DNA of 17,869 bases, from the IMG/VR virus record IMGVR_UViG_3300005977_000075, positions 1-17,869 of that record; one strand, 5' to 3'. Under the pieces are notes generated by a model. It was given only the letters and a program-made list of their open reading frames with translations. It made no database searches and had not been told where the DNA came from. Of the stretch, positions 1 to 7,377 are shown piece after piece (position 1 is the first letter of the stretch; each line of letters begins with the position of its first letter). Made by a program: the position numbers and the translations under genes.

Positions 1-614
1 TTATCTTTGAAGATGATAGGGTATTCTGTGACTTTTAGGTTAGATTTAATAATTTTAAATACTGAGCAAATTTGGAATTCATAACCATTTGCCGTTTCAC
101 AATCTAATGCTAATGTTCCAGCTTTGCGTGAGTAAACTCTGTAATTTGTCGTGTTATCGTTCAAGGGGGAACGTGAAATCAACTTAAACAGATAATTTGC
201 ACCCCTACTTATTACTCTCCTACTTAATGACCAATTTTCTATACCACCACCCTTTACGTATCGCGAACCAATTACTAAATCATATTTGCCTTCTATTGCT
301 ATTTTAGTCATCTGTGATAAGTATAAAGGATCGTGGCTTAAATCCGCATCCATTGTTACAATAAATTCAGTTTCTAACTCCAATGCCTTTTTAATTCCGT
401 ATCGTAAAGCTGACCCTAATCCTCTTTCATTTCTTACAAAAACTGTTAAGTTAGGGATTTTCAAATTTCTTAACGCGTCTGCTGTACCGTCTGGGCTGTT
501 ATCGTCGATTACAAGTATCCTAGAATTAGGAAGTAATTTCACTATTTGTTGTATTAGTAAGACTATGTTATCCCTTTCATTATAGGTGGGTATTACTATA
601 GAAACGTTAGCCAT
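1..614 (-). CDS. GT2 glycosyltransferase, dolichol/polyprenol-phosphate mannose synthase-like (3' end runs off the window)
   Basis: Manual translation from ATG at 614: MANVSIVIPTYNERDNI...ILVIDDNSPDGTAD...RGLGSALRYG...IVTMDADLSHDP...DLVIGSRYVKGGGIENWSLSRRVISKGAN. These are the canonical DPM1-like GT2 motifs (PTYNE, DDNSPDGT, MDADLSH, IGSRY). The frame is open to the window edge. TATA-like TTTATAAA on the minus strand at about 653-660. Confidence 0.93.
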   Translation of the reverse strand, partial: MANVSIVIPTYNERDNIVLLIQQIVKLLPNSRILVIDDNSPDGTADALRNLKIPNLTVFVRNERGLGSALRYGIKKALELETEFIVTMDADLSHDPLYLSQMTKIAIEGKYDLVIGSRYVKGGGIENWSLSRRVISRGANYLFKLISRSPLNDNTTNYRVYSRKAGTLALDCETANGYEFQICSVFKIIKSNLKVTEYPIIFKD

Positions 615-995
615 TGCACATCTCCCATACTTATAGCTAAATAGCTGAAAAGTTTATAAAGCCGGGAAAAATTGTGCGGGCTGGTCTGGAGCTGGAGAAG
701 ATTTTCTCCCAAACAGCTGTTTAGGTGAGGTTGTGTGTGTCCACCCCGCCCCCCACAGCCACCAAGCCTGCAGAGAAAAAATTCAACGGCTACAGCTGAA
801 TTAACAAAATATCGCGTTTGAATTGTCCAAACATATGGTTGAGGCAAATTCTGAACCCGTCATGACCTAGTTAGGACAAATAGAACAGTTATGAACGTGT
901 GTGAACTAACGTACTATTACTAGATATAGATAAACAAAAATATTTTTAATAAAGAGAAGCCGACGGGGGGTGAGGCATGCCACCCACCCGCTTTG

Positions 996-1898
996 CTACA
1001 ACATTATCTTGAAACTATGTAGGCGTAGTAAAGGACTAAATAGCAAACTATGTAATAGTGGGTGTCTTAGCCTTCTGACATATCTTGTCCCGTGGTTTTG
1101 GTTTTCATACTCAACAACAAAGTGGTTAAAACCTACGTTATGCTCTGTGTCGGACTTATACAACTGGATTGCCTCGTCCCTACGATTGTCCCTTAGAAGC
1201 AGTAATATTACAGCGATCTTAATTACGCCGAAATTGTAGAGTTTTGCGAACTTATCAATTTTACTAATATATCCATATCTTTCAAGAAGATCGAAGGCAT
1301 ATTGCTGTATAAGCTGTCTACGCATTTGTATTTCTGCTTTAGATACATCAAGCTCATTATTGAGAATATAATTCAAGTTGGCTAACGCATCAGATAGTTT
1401 TTGCCTTGCAGTTGTCTCTTCTTCTTCTATGAAGTTAGGTATAAGCTGTATTACGTCATTAAAATCAACAGAGCAGTATCGAATTGCGAATGCACCAAGT
1501 ATATAGAATTTATGTCTAAGTTTCCTATGAAAGATTTTTTGTACTATCCCCATGAAGACAGCTTTTTGTACTGAATTATTAATTAATGCAGATAGTCTGT
1601 GTGCAAAGACGTAGTATTTTAGCCTCCTGTTGTCGAACTTTGAAGGGATTGTACCAATCCCATAGTTAGGTAAAAGAGTGTAATGGCGTTCGTAATGAGA
1701 ATAGATCTTCTTATTGTCTTTAGATAATTTATGAATCCCTTCTGTATTGCTAAAAAACCTCTCATCATCATATTGTATAACTTCTCCAGTTTCGGCACAC
1801 ACGACGTATATGCCGTGTGTGACAAACTCCTTGCACTCTACAGTTTGGTCTGGAGTTTGGTTGAGAACGGTTTGGTTGAGAACAATTGATTCTGTCAT
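996..1898 (-). CDS. Diverged transcription factor B (TFB/TFIIB)-like protein
   Basis: 300 aa, close to TFB length. N-terminal VVCAETGEVI resembles the atypical Sulfolobales TFB1 ribbon (YICSETGEVL, from memory). LLPNYGIGT resembles the reader/linker (IHDRGLST), ILNNELDVS the inter-repeat segment (LLRELDVS), and LLLLRDNRR the second cyclin repeat (LLHDERR). These occur in the same order as in TFB. Confidence 0.65.
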   Translation of the reverse strand: MTESIVLNQTVLNQTPDQTVECKEFVTHGIYVVCAETGEVIQYDDERFFSNTEGIHKLSKDNKKIYSHYERHYTLLPNYGIGTIPSKFDNRRLKYYVFAHRLSALINNSVQKAVFMGIVQKIFHRKLRHKFYILGAFAIRYCSVDFNDVIQLIPNFIEEEETTARQKLSDALANLNYILNNELDVSKAEIQMRRQLIQQYAFDLLERYGYISKIDKFAKLYNFGVIKIAVILLLLRDNRRDEAIQLYKSDTEHNVGFNHFVVEYENQNHGTRYVRRLRHPLLHSLLFSPLLRLHSFKIML

Positions 1899-1913
1899 AC
1901 TGTTTCATATTGA

Positions 1914-2448
1914 CAAACAGCTGTTTAAATATATTTAGCATCATGAAACACGTGAGTATCCTAGACCGGCTCCTAACATGAGGGTTTTGAGAAAGAGTTG
2001 AGGGCGACTTAATGTACTCTGTTCGAAAAACGATTTTACCTTTGGGTTAAAAGTGGATAACGAGATATGGATAGTAGTAATCTGCGTATACGTTTTTGGA
2101 TAGTATAACATCGCCGACGTGATGATTAGGTATTGTGACCACGATCCTGTTCCAGTCCCTGAACTCTTCGAAAGCTATCTCGTTATTGCGTTGAACTATC
2201 GCTATCGTCGGCAGAGAGTGGAGGTCGGCGTGTCGTATATTACCCTTAATAAATATCTTGTTTCCTTCGACCTCATAATCGATATTATACTTCTTCAAAA
2301 GATCGATTACCTCTTGTTGCATTTTTTTGCTCTGGTTATTTTCGTCCCAGAATTCTTGTGCCATTTTTATCCGTTTAATATTCTCAAACAGCTGTTTAAA
2401 TATATTTAGGATCGTGAAACGCATATATCACGTAGTATCCCCCCGGCT
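1914..2448 (-). promoter_or_regulatory. Duplicated promoter block (1914-1968 and 2385-2448) upstream of the TFB-like gene and the 105-aa gene
   Basis: On +, both read CAAACAGCTGTTTAAATATATTTAG-N-ATC-N-TGAAAC...CACGT(G)AGTATCC...CCGGCT. Confidence 0.85.
2047..2364 (-). CDS. Hypothetical protein, 105 aa (start revised to ATG 2364, MAQEFWDE...)
   Basis: The longer ORF start (2424) runs through the promoter. The ATG at 2364 lies about 30 nt downstream of TTTAAA, in a promoter duplicated with that of the TFB-like gene. Confidence 0.75.
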   Translation of the reverse strand: MAQEFWDENNQSKKMQQEVIDLLKKYNIDYEVEGNKIFIKGNIRHADLHSLPTIAIVQRNNEIAFEEFRDWNRIVVTIPNHHVGDVILSKNVYADYYYPYLVIHF

Positions 2449-2465
2449 TACTGAGAACTGGAACA

Positions 2466-2500
2466 GAAAAGAGAAGAGAAGATGAAGAGAAGAGAAGATG
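2466..2500 (-). terminator. Pyrimidine-rich putative terminator; 16-bp tandem duplication (AAGAGAAGAGAAGATG x2 on +, 2469-2500)
   Basis: Lies immediately after the stop of 2514-3548 and reads as a U/C-rich tract on the transcript, as Sulfolobales terminators do. Confidence 0.45.
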
Positions 2501-2513
2501 TATACTTCCTAGC

Positions 2514-3548
2514 CTAGTAGGACATCATGAAGTTTCTGAGTATAAATTCGTAAATGTTGTAGGACTTGAGTTTTTGATCCAAGACGGAACGGAAGTCATC
2601 GTCGATCTTGTAGTTAATTCGTGCGTTAAGCAGTGACATAGTGACGTTGAGCATCAGATCGAACAGTACGTTTCTCCAAAATCTATCCTCAATCCTGTAT
2701 TCTTGGGACAGGACTTCGGCGATGTTACTCAGTCTCGATCTGCTCAATTGTCTCTCGGCGTCTAAACCCTTGACGTAACTCTGAAGGGCTCTAAACGTTT
2801 TTGTCAAGTCACTCACTGTTGATGATTTAAATCCCCGTGTTCCCGGTTCGAGGAAAAGTTGTCTCGTTACGTCAATCATGCCGGTATATCCTATCTTGTT
2901 CCCTGTCATGGAAATGTTGAAGGACATTATCAGGGGGAAATATAACGTGTAAAAGTGATGATTCCCTTTTTTCTTACTTTGCGGGTTTAACAGGTTCTCG
3001 AGCTCTTTCATCATACGTTGGTATGTGGACGTCATTTTGGTCTCCAACACTTCCTTCAAAGACTTAACTGGAGCGTTTACGGTGTCAGCGGTGGTCTTGG
3101 AAAGCATCAACATCTTGTACACGTGCGACAATGTGTCTGTGGAGACCGTTAAGTCTTCCCCCAACGGGACTCTTGTAGTGAGGTCTGACCCTATGGTGAC
3201 ACTCTGTAGGAATTTAATTAGTCCCAGTTCAGTCAGTAGAGAGGCTATGTAGTACTGGTTCAGATCCCCGGTGTCTATCTTAAGTTCGTCCTTGAGCTCC
3301 TCTGCCCTCCTAAACACTCTATCTAACTTGTCCTTGAGCCCGTTAACGTGCCCAATCTTGCCGTAGTCCACAGGGAGAAGGAACCCCTCCCTTAACCACC
3401 GGGCAAAGGTAGCAGATTCATCCCTGGAGATCTTGTTGCTTGACCTTGACTCTATAAGGGGGAGTACATCGTTAACCACGTAATTTATGAGTAACCTGTC
3501 TGGGTCTGTTGTTGGTGATTTGAACGTTTGAATATTCATGATCATCAA
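2514..3548 (-). CDS. Hypothetical protein, about 344 aa, unknown function
   Basis: Long ORF with natural composition. Upstream AT-rich TATA-like tract plus both palindromic motifs; downstream pyrimidine-rich tract on the coding strand. No family recognised. Confidence 0.85.
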   Translation of the reverse strand: MMIMNIQTFKSPTTDPDRLLINYVVNDVLPLIESRSSNKISRDESATFARWLREGFLLPVDYGKIGHVNGLKDKLDRVFRRAEELKDELKIDTGDLNQYYIASLLTELGLIKFLQSVTIGSDLTTRVPLGEDLTVSTDTLSHVYKMLMLSKTTADTVNAPVKSLKEVLETKMTSTYQRMMKELENLLNPQSKKKGNHHFYTLYFPLIMSFNISMTGNKIGYTGMIDVTRQLFLEPGTRGFKSSTVSDLTKTFRALQSYVKGLDAERQLSRSRLSNIAEVLSQEYRIEDRFWRNVLFDLMLNVTMSLLNARINYKIDDDFRSVLDQKLKSYNIYEFILRNFMMSY

Positions 3549-3769
3549 TCTATGTGTTGCCTGGCTGATATTTTAACTTAACACATATGTTTTATGATCT
3601 GCCTAACAAGTTAGGGAAGTTTAGGGTGAAACTGAGGTGGGTGAAGAAAGTGGGGGGTGAGGGGTGAAGTGAAGAAGAGAGGGGCGAAGAAAGAACAAAT
3701 GTAAGAATACATATGTTTTACGATAAAGTAAAGGCAAGAATGGGACGAATAATATAAAAACTAGAAAGT

Positions 3770-3842
3770 GGTAGAATATGGGGAGAAAGATGGGGAGAAA
3801 GCGGGTAGAATATGGGGAGAAAGATGGGGAGAAAGCGGGTAG
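3770..3842 (+). repeat. 34-bp direct repeat x2 (GGTAGAATATGGGGAGAAAGATGGGGAGAAAGCG) containing ATGGGGAGAAAG x4
   Basis: Read directly: 3770-3803 is identical to 3804-3837, followed by a partial GGTAG. Confidence 0.95.
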
Positions 3843-3877
3843 TAGTAGAGGTGCATGGGGTAGAGGGGGAGGGGGAG

Positions 3878-3901
3878 GAGGTGTTTAACGAGGTGTTTAA
3901 C
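3878..3901 (+). repeat. 12-bp tandem duplication GAGGTGTTTAAC x2 (duplicated RBS of the wHTH gene)
   Basis: Read directly; it contains the archaeal SD-like GAGGTG just before the ATG at 3903. Confidence 0.9.
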
Positions 3902-3902
3902 T

Positions 3903-4454
3903 ATGAATAAATCAACACCTAATAATAAACTTTTCGGTGAACCTCCTTTTAGGTCTAAAAAAATAGAAAAAATATTTGAGGAGTTATCAAAGGGAGGAAA
4001 GCTAGCACGAGAGCTTGCGGAATTGATCAATGTGCCTTCCAAGCAAATCTATCCCAGGGTCAAGAGGTATATCGAAAAAGGCTGGATCTGTGTGAAAAAG
4101 ATAAACAACATTAACATTTATTACTTGTCAGAAACTGCTAAGAAAATATTCGAGTTACAGAGTAGTAGTTTTGAGAAGGTTAAGGAGAAGGCAGAACATT
4201 TAATGGGAAGAAAATTGGACGAAGATGAATTAGAAATTCTAAAGTTCTTCTATGAACTAAATGGCAGTTATGTAGAAAGGAATGAAAACGAATCCATAGC
4301 AGAACAGGTTTACTACGCACTGAAACTGAAGAGGATAATACTCTCTAGGGTAACTGAAATACTCACTGAATTTACTAAAGCTAAGGTACTTTTTGCATAT
4401 AGGTTAAGAAATGGTGTAATTCTGAAGGTAAGACTGAATAAGAATCTTCTCTAA
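3903..4454 (+). CDS. Winged helix-turn-helix DNA-binding protein (possibly two wHTH domains)
   Basis: N-terminal KIFEELSKGGKLARELAELINVPSKQIYPRVKRYIEKGWICVKKINNINIYYLSE is a typical ArsR/TrmB-like wHTH. The C-half (ESIAEQVYYALKL...VTEILTEFTKAKVLFAYR) suggests a second wHTH. Confidence 0.85.
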   Translation: MNKSTPNNKLFGEPPFRSKKIEKIFEELSKGGKLARELAELINVPSKQIYPRVKRYIEKGWICVKKINNINIYYLSETAKKIFELQSSSFEKVKEKAEHLMGRKLDEDELEILKFFYELNGSYVERNENESIAEQVYYALKLKRIILSRVTEILTEFTKAKVLFAYRLRNGVILKVRLNKNLL

Positions 4455-4830
4455 ATCGAGAATAAGAAACACCTAATTCTATCTTTCATGTTTCTCATTC
4501 TTGTAATAAATATTCAAACTAACGTAACCACCAGTTTAATTTGTAAAAAGTTCTTGAAAGTTAAACTAATTCTTTGAATTAGTTCTCCAGTTTGCTTCTA
4601 AAAATCCTAGATTCTCTAAAAAGAGACTTACTATTTATTACTACTACTCGACTTTTCACAACAAATAAAGATGTCAATAGACGTTCTTTTACTGGTGTCA
4701 ATTTTACGTATTTTTATGAAGACTAACTTACACTTTCTGAGACTAATTGAATTATTACTTTTACTTTTAGGAAAATTTTTGCGAAAAAAAGATGCCAAAA
4801 GAAAGGAGGCTTCTTTACTTACCTGCACAC
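4455..4830. other. AT-rich non-coding region with inverted repeats (candidate origin/unwinding element)
   Basis: 13-bp IR 4459-4471/4489-4501 (1 mismatch) and a perfect 9-bp IR AACTAATTC-TTT-GAATTAGTT at 4564-4584. No convincing ORF. Confidence 0.4.
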
Positions 4831-4964
4831 TTACCGTGTTCCGCTTACTTTTCTCTGCTCTTCTTCTCTGCTCTTCAGTAGTAGTTATTACCAGCAGTTG
4901 AATTTTTCTCGGCAGGCTGGGGCTTAAACAAATCCCCCTCAAACAGCTGTTTAACGCTTTGTTC

Positions 4965-5055
4965 TAGCATACCCCGCTCGTCGTGGTGGCGTCATTCCTG
5001 CCTAACTTGCTAGGCAGAAGATTTAAATACCAGTCCCCACAAGAGTATAGTTGTG
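4965..5055 (+). promoter_or_regulatory. Duplicated promoter: CCTAAC-NN-GCTAGG palindrome, BRE (AGAAGA), TATA TTTAAATA
   Basis: Closely similar copy at 5851-5929; the same architecture occurs on the minus strand at about 13973-14007. Confidence 0.8.
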
Positions 5056-5511
5056 AGCCACATGAGTCAAACCCCCAAAACCATGAGTCAAACCCAAAGT
5101 CAATCCCAACCCAAATATGAGAACTGCCTCTTAGTTTCAAGGCACAGGTTGCTATCATCGCAGGAAACTGATTTGGCGACAATATGTGGAAAAATCAGTA
5201 AGGTGGATACACTGCCAAACAATATAGATGAACTAAAAAAGATGGTCGACTTTTACGACGCAATAGTAGGGGTAATTCCGCTGACATTTCAGGTTCAACT
5301 ACTGCAAATGAAAAAAGCAGTATTGTTATTTTACATGGAAAGTTTGGGAACCACAGGATCAAAACAAGAAGCAGAGCAACTTTTAGCTGGGAGGGAGGGT
5401 GTCATCCTGCCTCCCTCCAGGGAGGGTGAATCATACCGTGTGAGCGTATACCGGGGTATTAACAAAGTGAAGGCGATCAAGGTTGAAGACGAATTCATCA
5501 TACAACACTAG
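5053..5511 (+). CDS. Small Rossmann/CARF-like protein resembling Csx16/Csx20 (candidate ring nuclease/anti-CRISPR)
   Basis: CLLVSRHRLLSSQETDL and DAIVGVIPL resemble the hhSRH and D-x-h-h-G-x-h-P-h motifs of Csx16-like proteins. The start could be GTG 5053 (leaderless), ATG 5062 or ATG 5083. The CDS is well supported; the family call is tentative. Confidence 0.55.
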   Translation: MSHMSQTPKTMSQTQSQSQPKYENCLLVSRHRLLSSQETDLATICGKISKVDTLPNNIDELKKMVDFYDAIVGVIPLTFQVQLLQMKKAVLLFYMESLGTTGSKQEAEQLLAGREGVILPPSREGESYRVSVYRGINKVKAIKVEDEFIIQH

Positions 5512-5531
5512 TTCATATAAGGGGTGGTTCA

Positions 5532-5681
5532 ATGGTTAACTGCTTAGAATACCTGAGCAATAACAAGTACAATCTCAGTGGGTACAGCCCCGATACATTC
5601 TATTTTCTTTTTAACACAGACACAGAAGGAGAAGAAGAATGCGAAGCGTTATTCCTGTATCTTGAAGCCAGGTACGGGTAA
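5532..5681 (+). CDS. Small acidic hypothetical protein, 49 aa (MVNCLEYLSNNKYNLSGYSPDTFYFLFNTDTEGEEECEALFLYLEARYG)
   Basis: Manual translation. Strong SD GGGGTGG at 5521-5527, 20 nt after the previous stop, followed by T-tracts. Confidence 0.65.
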   Translation: MVNCLEYLSNNKYNLSGYSPDTFYFLFNTDTEGEEECEALFLYLEARYG

Positions 5682-5850
5682 AAGTCAGCCCATTTTTTAT
5701 GTTTTTCACCATAAAACAGCTGTTTTAGGTTAGGGTTGGCTGGTGGGTTCATCCACCCCCTCCACCCCAGTTTGTCCCTACACTCACTTTCATTTTGCAC
5801 TTTCATTTTGCAAGACTTTTGAAGTGAGAACTTCTTCACTCATCCGTGTT

Positions 5851-5929
5851 TTAGCATCCCCGTCGTGGTTCTGCCTAACTTGCTACGTAGAAGATTTAAA
5901 TACCACTCCCCACCAAGAGTATAAGTGTG
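5851..5929 (+). promoter_or_regulatory. Second copy of the duplicated promoter (CCTAACTTGCTA...AGAAGATTTAAATACCA)
   Basis: Aligns with 4965-5055. Confidence 0.8.
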
Positions 5930-5936
5930 GAGTAAG

Positions 5937-6065
5937 ATGTTATCATTAGATAGAATGAAATTGTGGTACTATTACGCTAATAAAGAAGTGAAGTTTACCG
6001 ATATAGAGAAAAAGCTATTATCTGAACTAGGTATTAAATACCAGTCCCACGGTGGTTATGCTTAA
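5937..6065 (+). CDS. Small hypothetical protein, 42 aa (MLSLDRMKLWYYYANKEVKFTDIEKKLLSELGIKYQSHGGYA)
   Basis: First ATG after the duplicated promoter, with GGAG upstream. Its TAA overlaps the next ATG (TAATG). Confidence 0.6.
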   Translation: MLSLDRMKLWYYYANKEVKFTDIEKKLLSELGIKYQSHGGYA

Positions 6066-6472
6066 TGATGATTAGGTGCTTTAAGATTAAATCTTCTTCT
6101 TCTAATGAAATATTTACTAGCCTCAATATTAAAGCTAATGAAATAGTTTGCATAGGCGACTCTCAATGGCTTATTAATCTTACCAGAAGAAAGGCGTTCA
6201 TTTTACTACCGGAAGAAATGGACAACCTGCTGAAACTTCATCTTCCTAACGAATTCAAAGTCGAAGTAGTGTCACGCCATCGCTACGAGCCAAGGAAACA
6301 CTACACTATTTACAGTATTTATAAAGTGTCACCTGGCAAGCGTCGGCGTCGGTATTTCATAGAAGTTTATGATGGATCGAGTACTGCATATACCTATCAT
6401 TTCTGTGAGTCGCGTGTTAAGTGTATGGCTCTTGAAAAAGATCTTGAAGAGGACAATATAATGCTTTATTAA
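6065..6472 (+). CDS. Hypothetical protein, 135 aa
   Basis: ORF coupled to the upstream small ORF, GGTGG SD-like upstream. No family recognised. Confidence 0.7.
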   Translation: MMIRCFKIKSSSSNEIFTSLNIKANEIVCIGDSQWLINLTRRKAFILLPEEMDNLLKLHLPNEFKVEVVSRHRYEPRKHYTIYSIYKVSPGKRRRRYFIEVYDGSSTAYTYHFCESRVKCMALEKDLEEDNIMLY

Positions 6473-6571
6473 TATTACTAAAGCGAACGACAATACTCGC
6501 CACTCGCCCTTCTAGGTATTTTGTTGGTCAATGTTGTCGATGTCGATTATCTCTTATCTCTTATCTTTTTC

Positions 6572-6600
6572 CACCTGAGACCCCGTCCATAAGTGCGGGG
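6572..6600 (+). mobile_element. Degenerate IS200/IS605-like right-end hairpin remnant
   Basis: CACCTGAGACCCCGTCC...GCGGGG shares 17 identical nt with the reverse complement of 16275-16311. Confidence 0.5.
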
Positions 6601-6665
6601 AGCTAAGTATAAATATGAATTTTGAAAAACGATTCGTTTTACCAAGTTCATGGTAAATCGTTTAG

Positions 6666-6785
6666 TAAATAGTTTAATATTGTTTCGCAAATATCGTTGT
6701 CTATATCTTTTACGTCAGTGAGAGATCCTCTAAATAGTTTAATATCGTTTCGCAAATATCATTGTCTATATATTTTTCGTCAGTG
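6666..6785 (-). repeat. 55-bp imperfect direct repeat (6666-6720 and 6731-6785, 4 mismatches) duplicating the 3' end of ORF 6710-7081
   Basis: Read directly; period 65 bp. Confidence 0.92.
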
Positions 6786-7081
6786 GCAGACCCCCAATGT
6801 CCTCGTAATTTGCACACTCCTCTACTATATACTAAATCTATGTTAGGGCCTCCAAAAGTTATACCAATGTCGAAGCCTACTAGTTCTCTACTTGGTAAAG
6901 AGGTGTAAAGTATTATGTCGATGGCGTCGTCTATAACCTCTTGTAACTTGTCCTGCTGGAATTTGTCCTTAAGTTCCTTTGCTATAAAGTCCAAATTTTT
7001 TTCTAATGCTGTACGGTTATCTGCAGAATTTATCAAAATATCTAACATGTCCTCTTTATTTTGACCAAATTCCTGCGACAT
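6710..7081 (-). CDS. Acidic hypothetical protein, 123 aa, with a FGGPNI...GHWG motif
   Basis: Leaderless-type gene: CTTAAATA TATA about 22 nt upstream, preceded by AAACAGCTGTTT. Function unknown. Confidence 0.8.
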   Translation of the reverse strand: MSQEFGQNKEDMLDILINSADNRTALEKNLDFIAKELKDKFQQDKLQEVIDDAIDIILYTSLPSRELVGFDIGITFGGPNIDLVYSRGVCKLRGHWGSATDEKYIDNDICETILNYLEDLSLT

Positions 7082-7155
7082 AAGAAAATGTTTTCACAGC
7101 AGTATTTAAGCATTTCGTAAACAGCTGTTTGAGGTGGTATTTCCTTGGCGAACCC

Positions 7156-7332
7156 CTACTGCTTCTCCCGTTTGTCGATGAGGACTTTTCCGTGGATTTT
7201 TAACACTCCGGTTCTGTCATACTCTGCTAACGCATCAAGGTATTCTCTATAGGTCTCGATAATATAATCTACCCTGTTATGCATTCTCTCCAGGATCTTT
7301 TTCTGCTCGTCGGTTAATTTATGCGTTACCAT
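7156..7332 (-). CDS. Small protein, 58 aa (MVTHKLTDEQKKILERMHNRVDYIIETYREYLDALAEYDRTGVLKIHGKVLIDKREKQ); possible stand-alone Phd/Doc-type antitoxin mimic
   Basis: Manual translation (below the ORF-track cut-off), with its own TATA-like TTATAAATA upstream. The amphipathic helix IIETYREYLDALAE resembles Doc-neutralising helices. Function is inferred. Confidence 0.6.
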   Translation of the reverse strand: MVTHKLTDEQKKILERMHNRVDYIIETYREYLDALAEYDRTGVLKIHGKVLIDKREKQ

Positions 7333-7377
7333 CTGATTCCCTATTAAATATTACACCTAATACTATTTATAACATCT

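Noticed and set aside
286-1938. ORFs 286-585, 596-847, 970-1239, 1619-1825 and 1747-1938
   Set aside because: Antisense or alternate-frame shadows of the GT2 and TFB-like genes, or ORFs running through motif-rich intergenic DNA.
3770-3842. Mini-CRISPR array
   Set aside because: The repeats are contiguous with no unique spacers and do not resemble Sulfolobales repeats ending in ATTGAAAG. I saw no such repeat-spacer unit elsewhere in the window.
4631-5182. ORFs 4631-4942, 4671-4901 and 4964-5182 (also 3761-4042, 5600-5839 and 5743-5949)
   Set aside because: Low-complexity translations of repeat or promoter DNA, or antisense overlaps with better genes; no clear promoter or RBS.
6666-6785. DGR template/variable repeat pair
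   Set aside because: The four mismatches are not confined to template adenines on either strand, and no reverse transcriptase is in the window.
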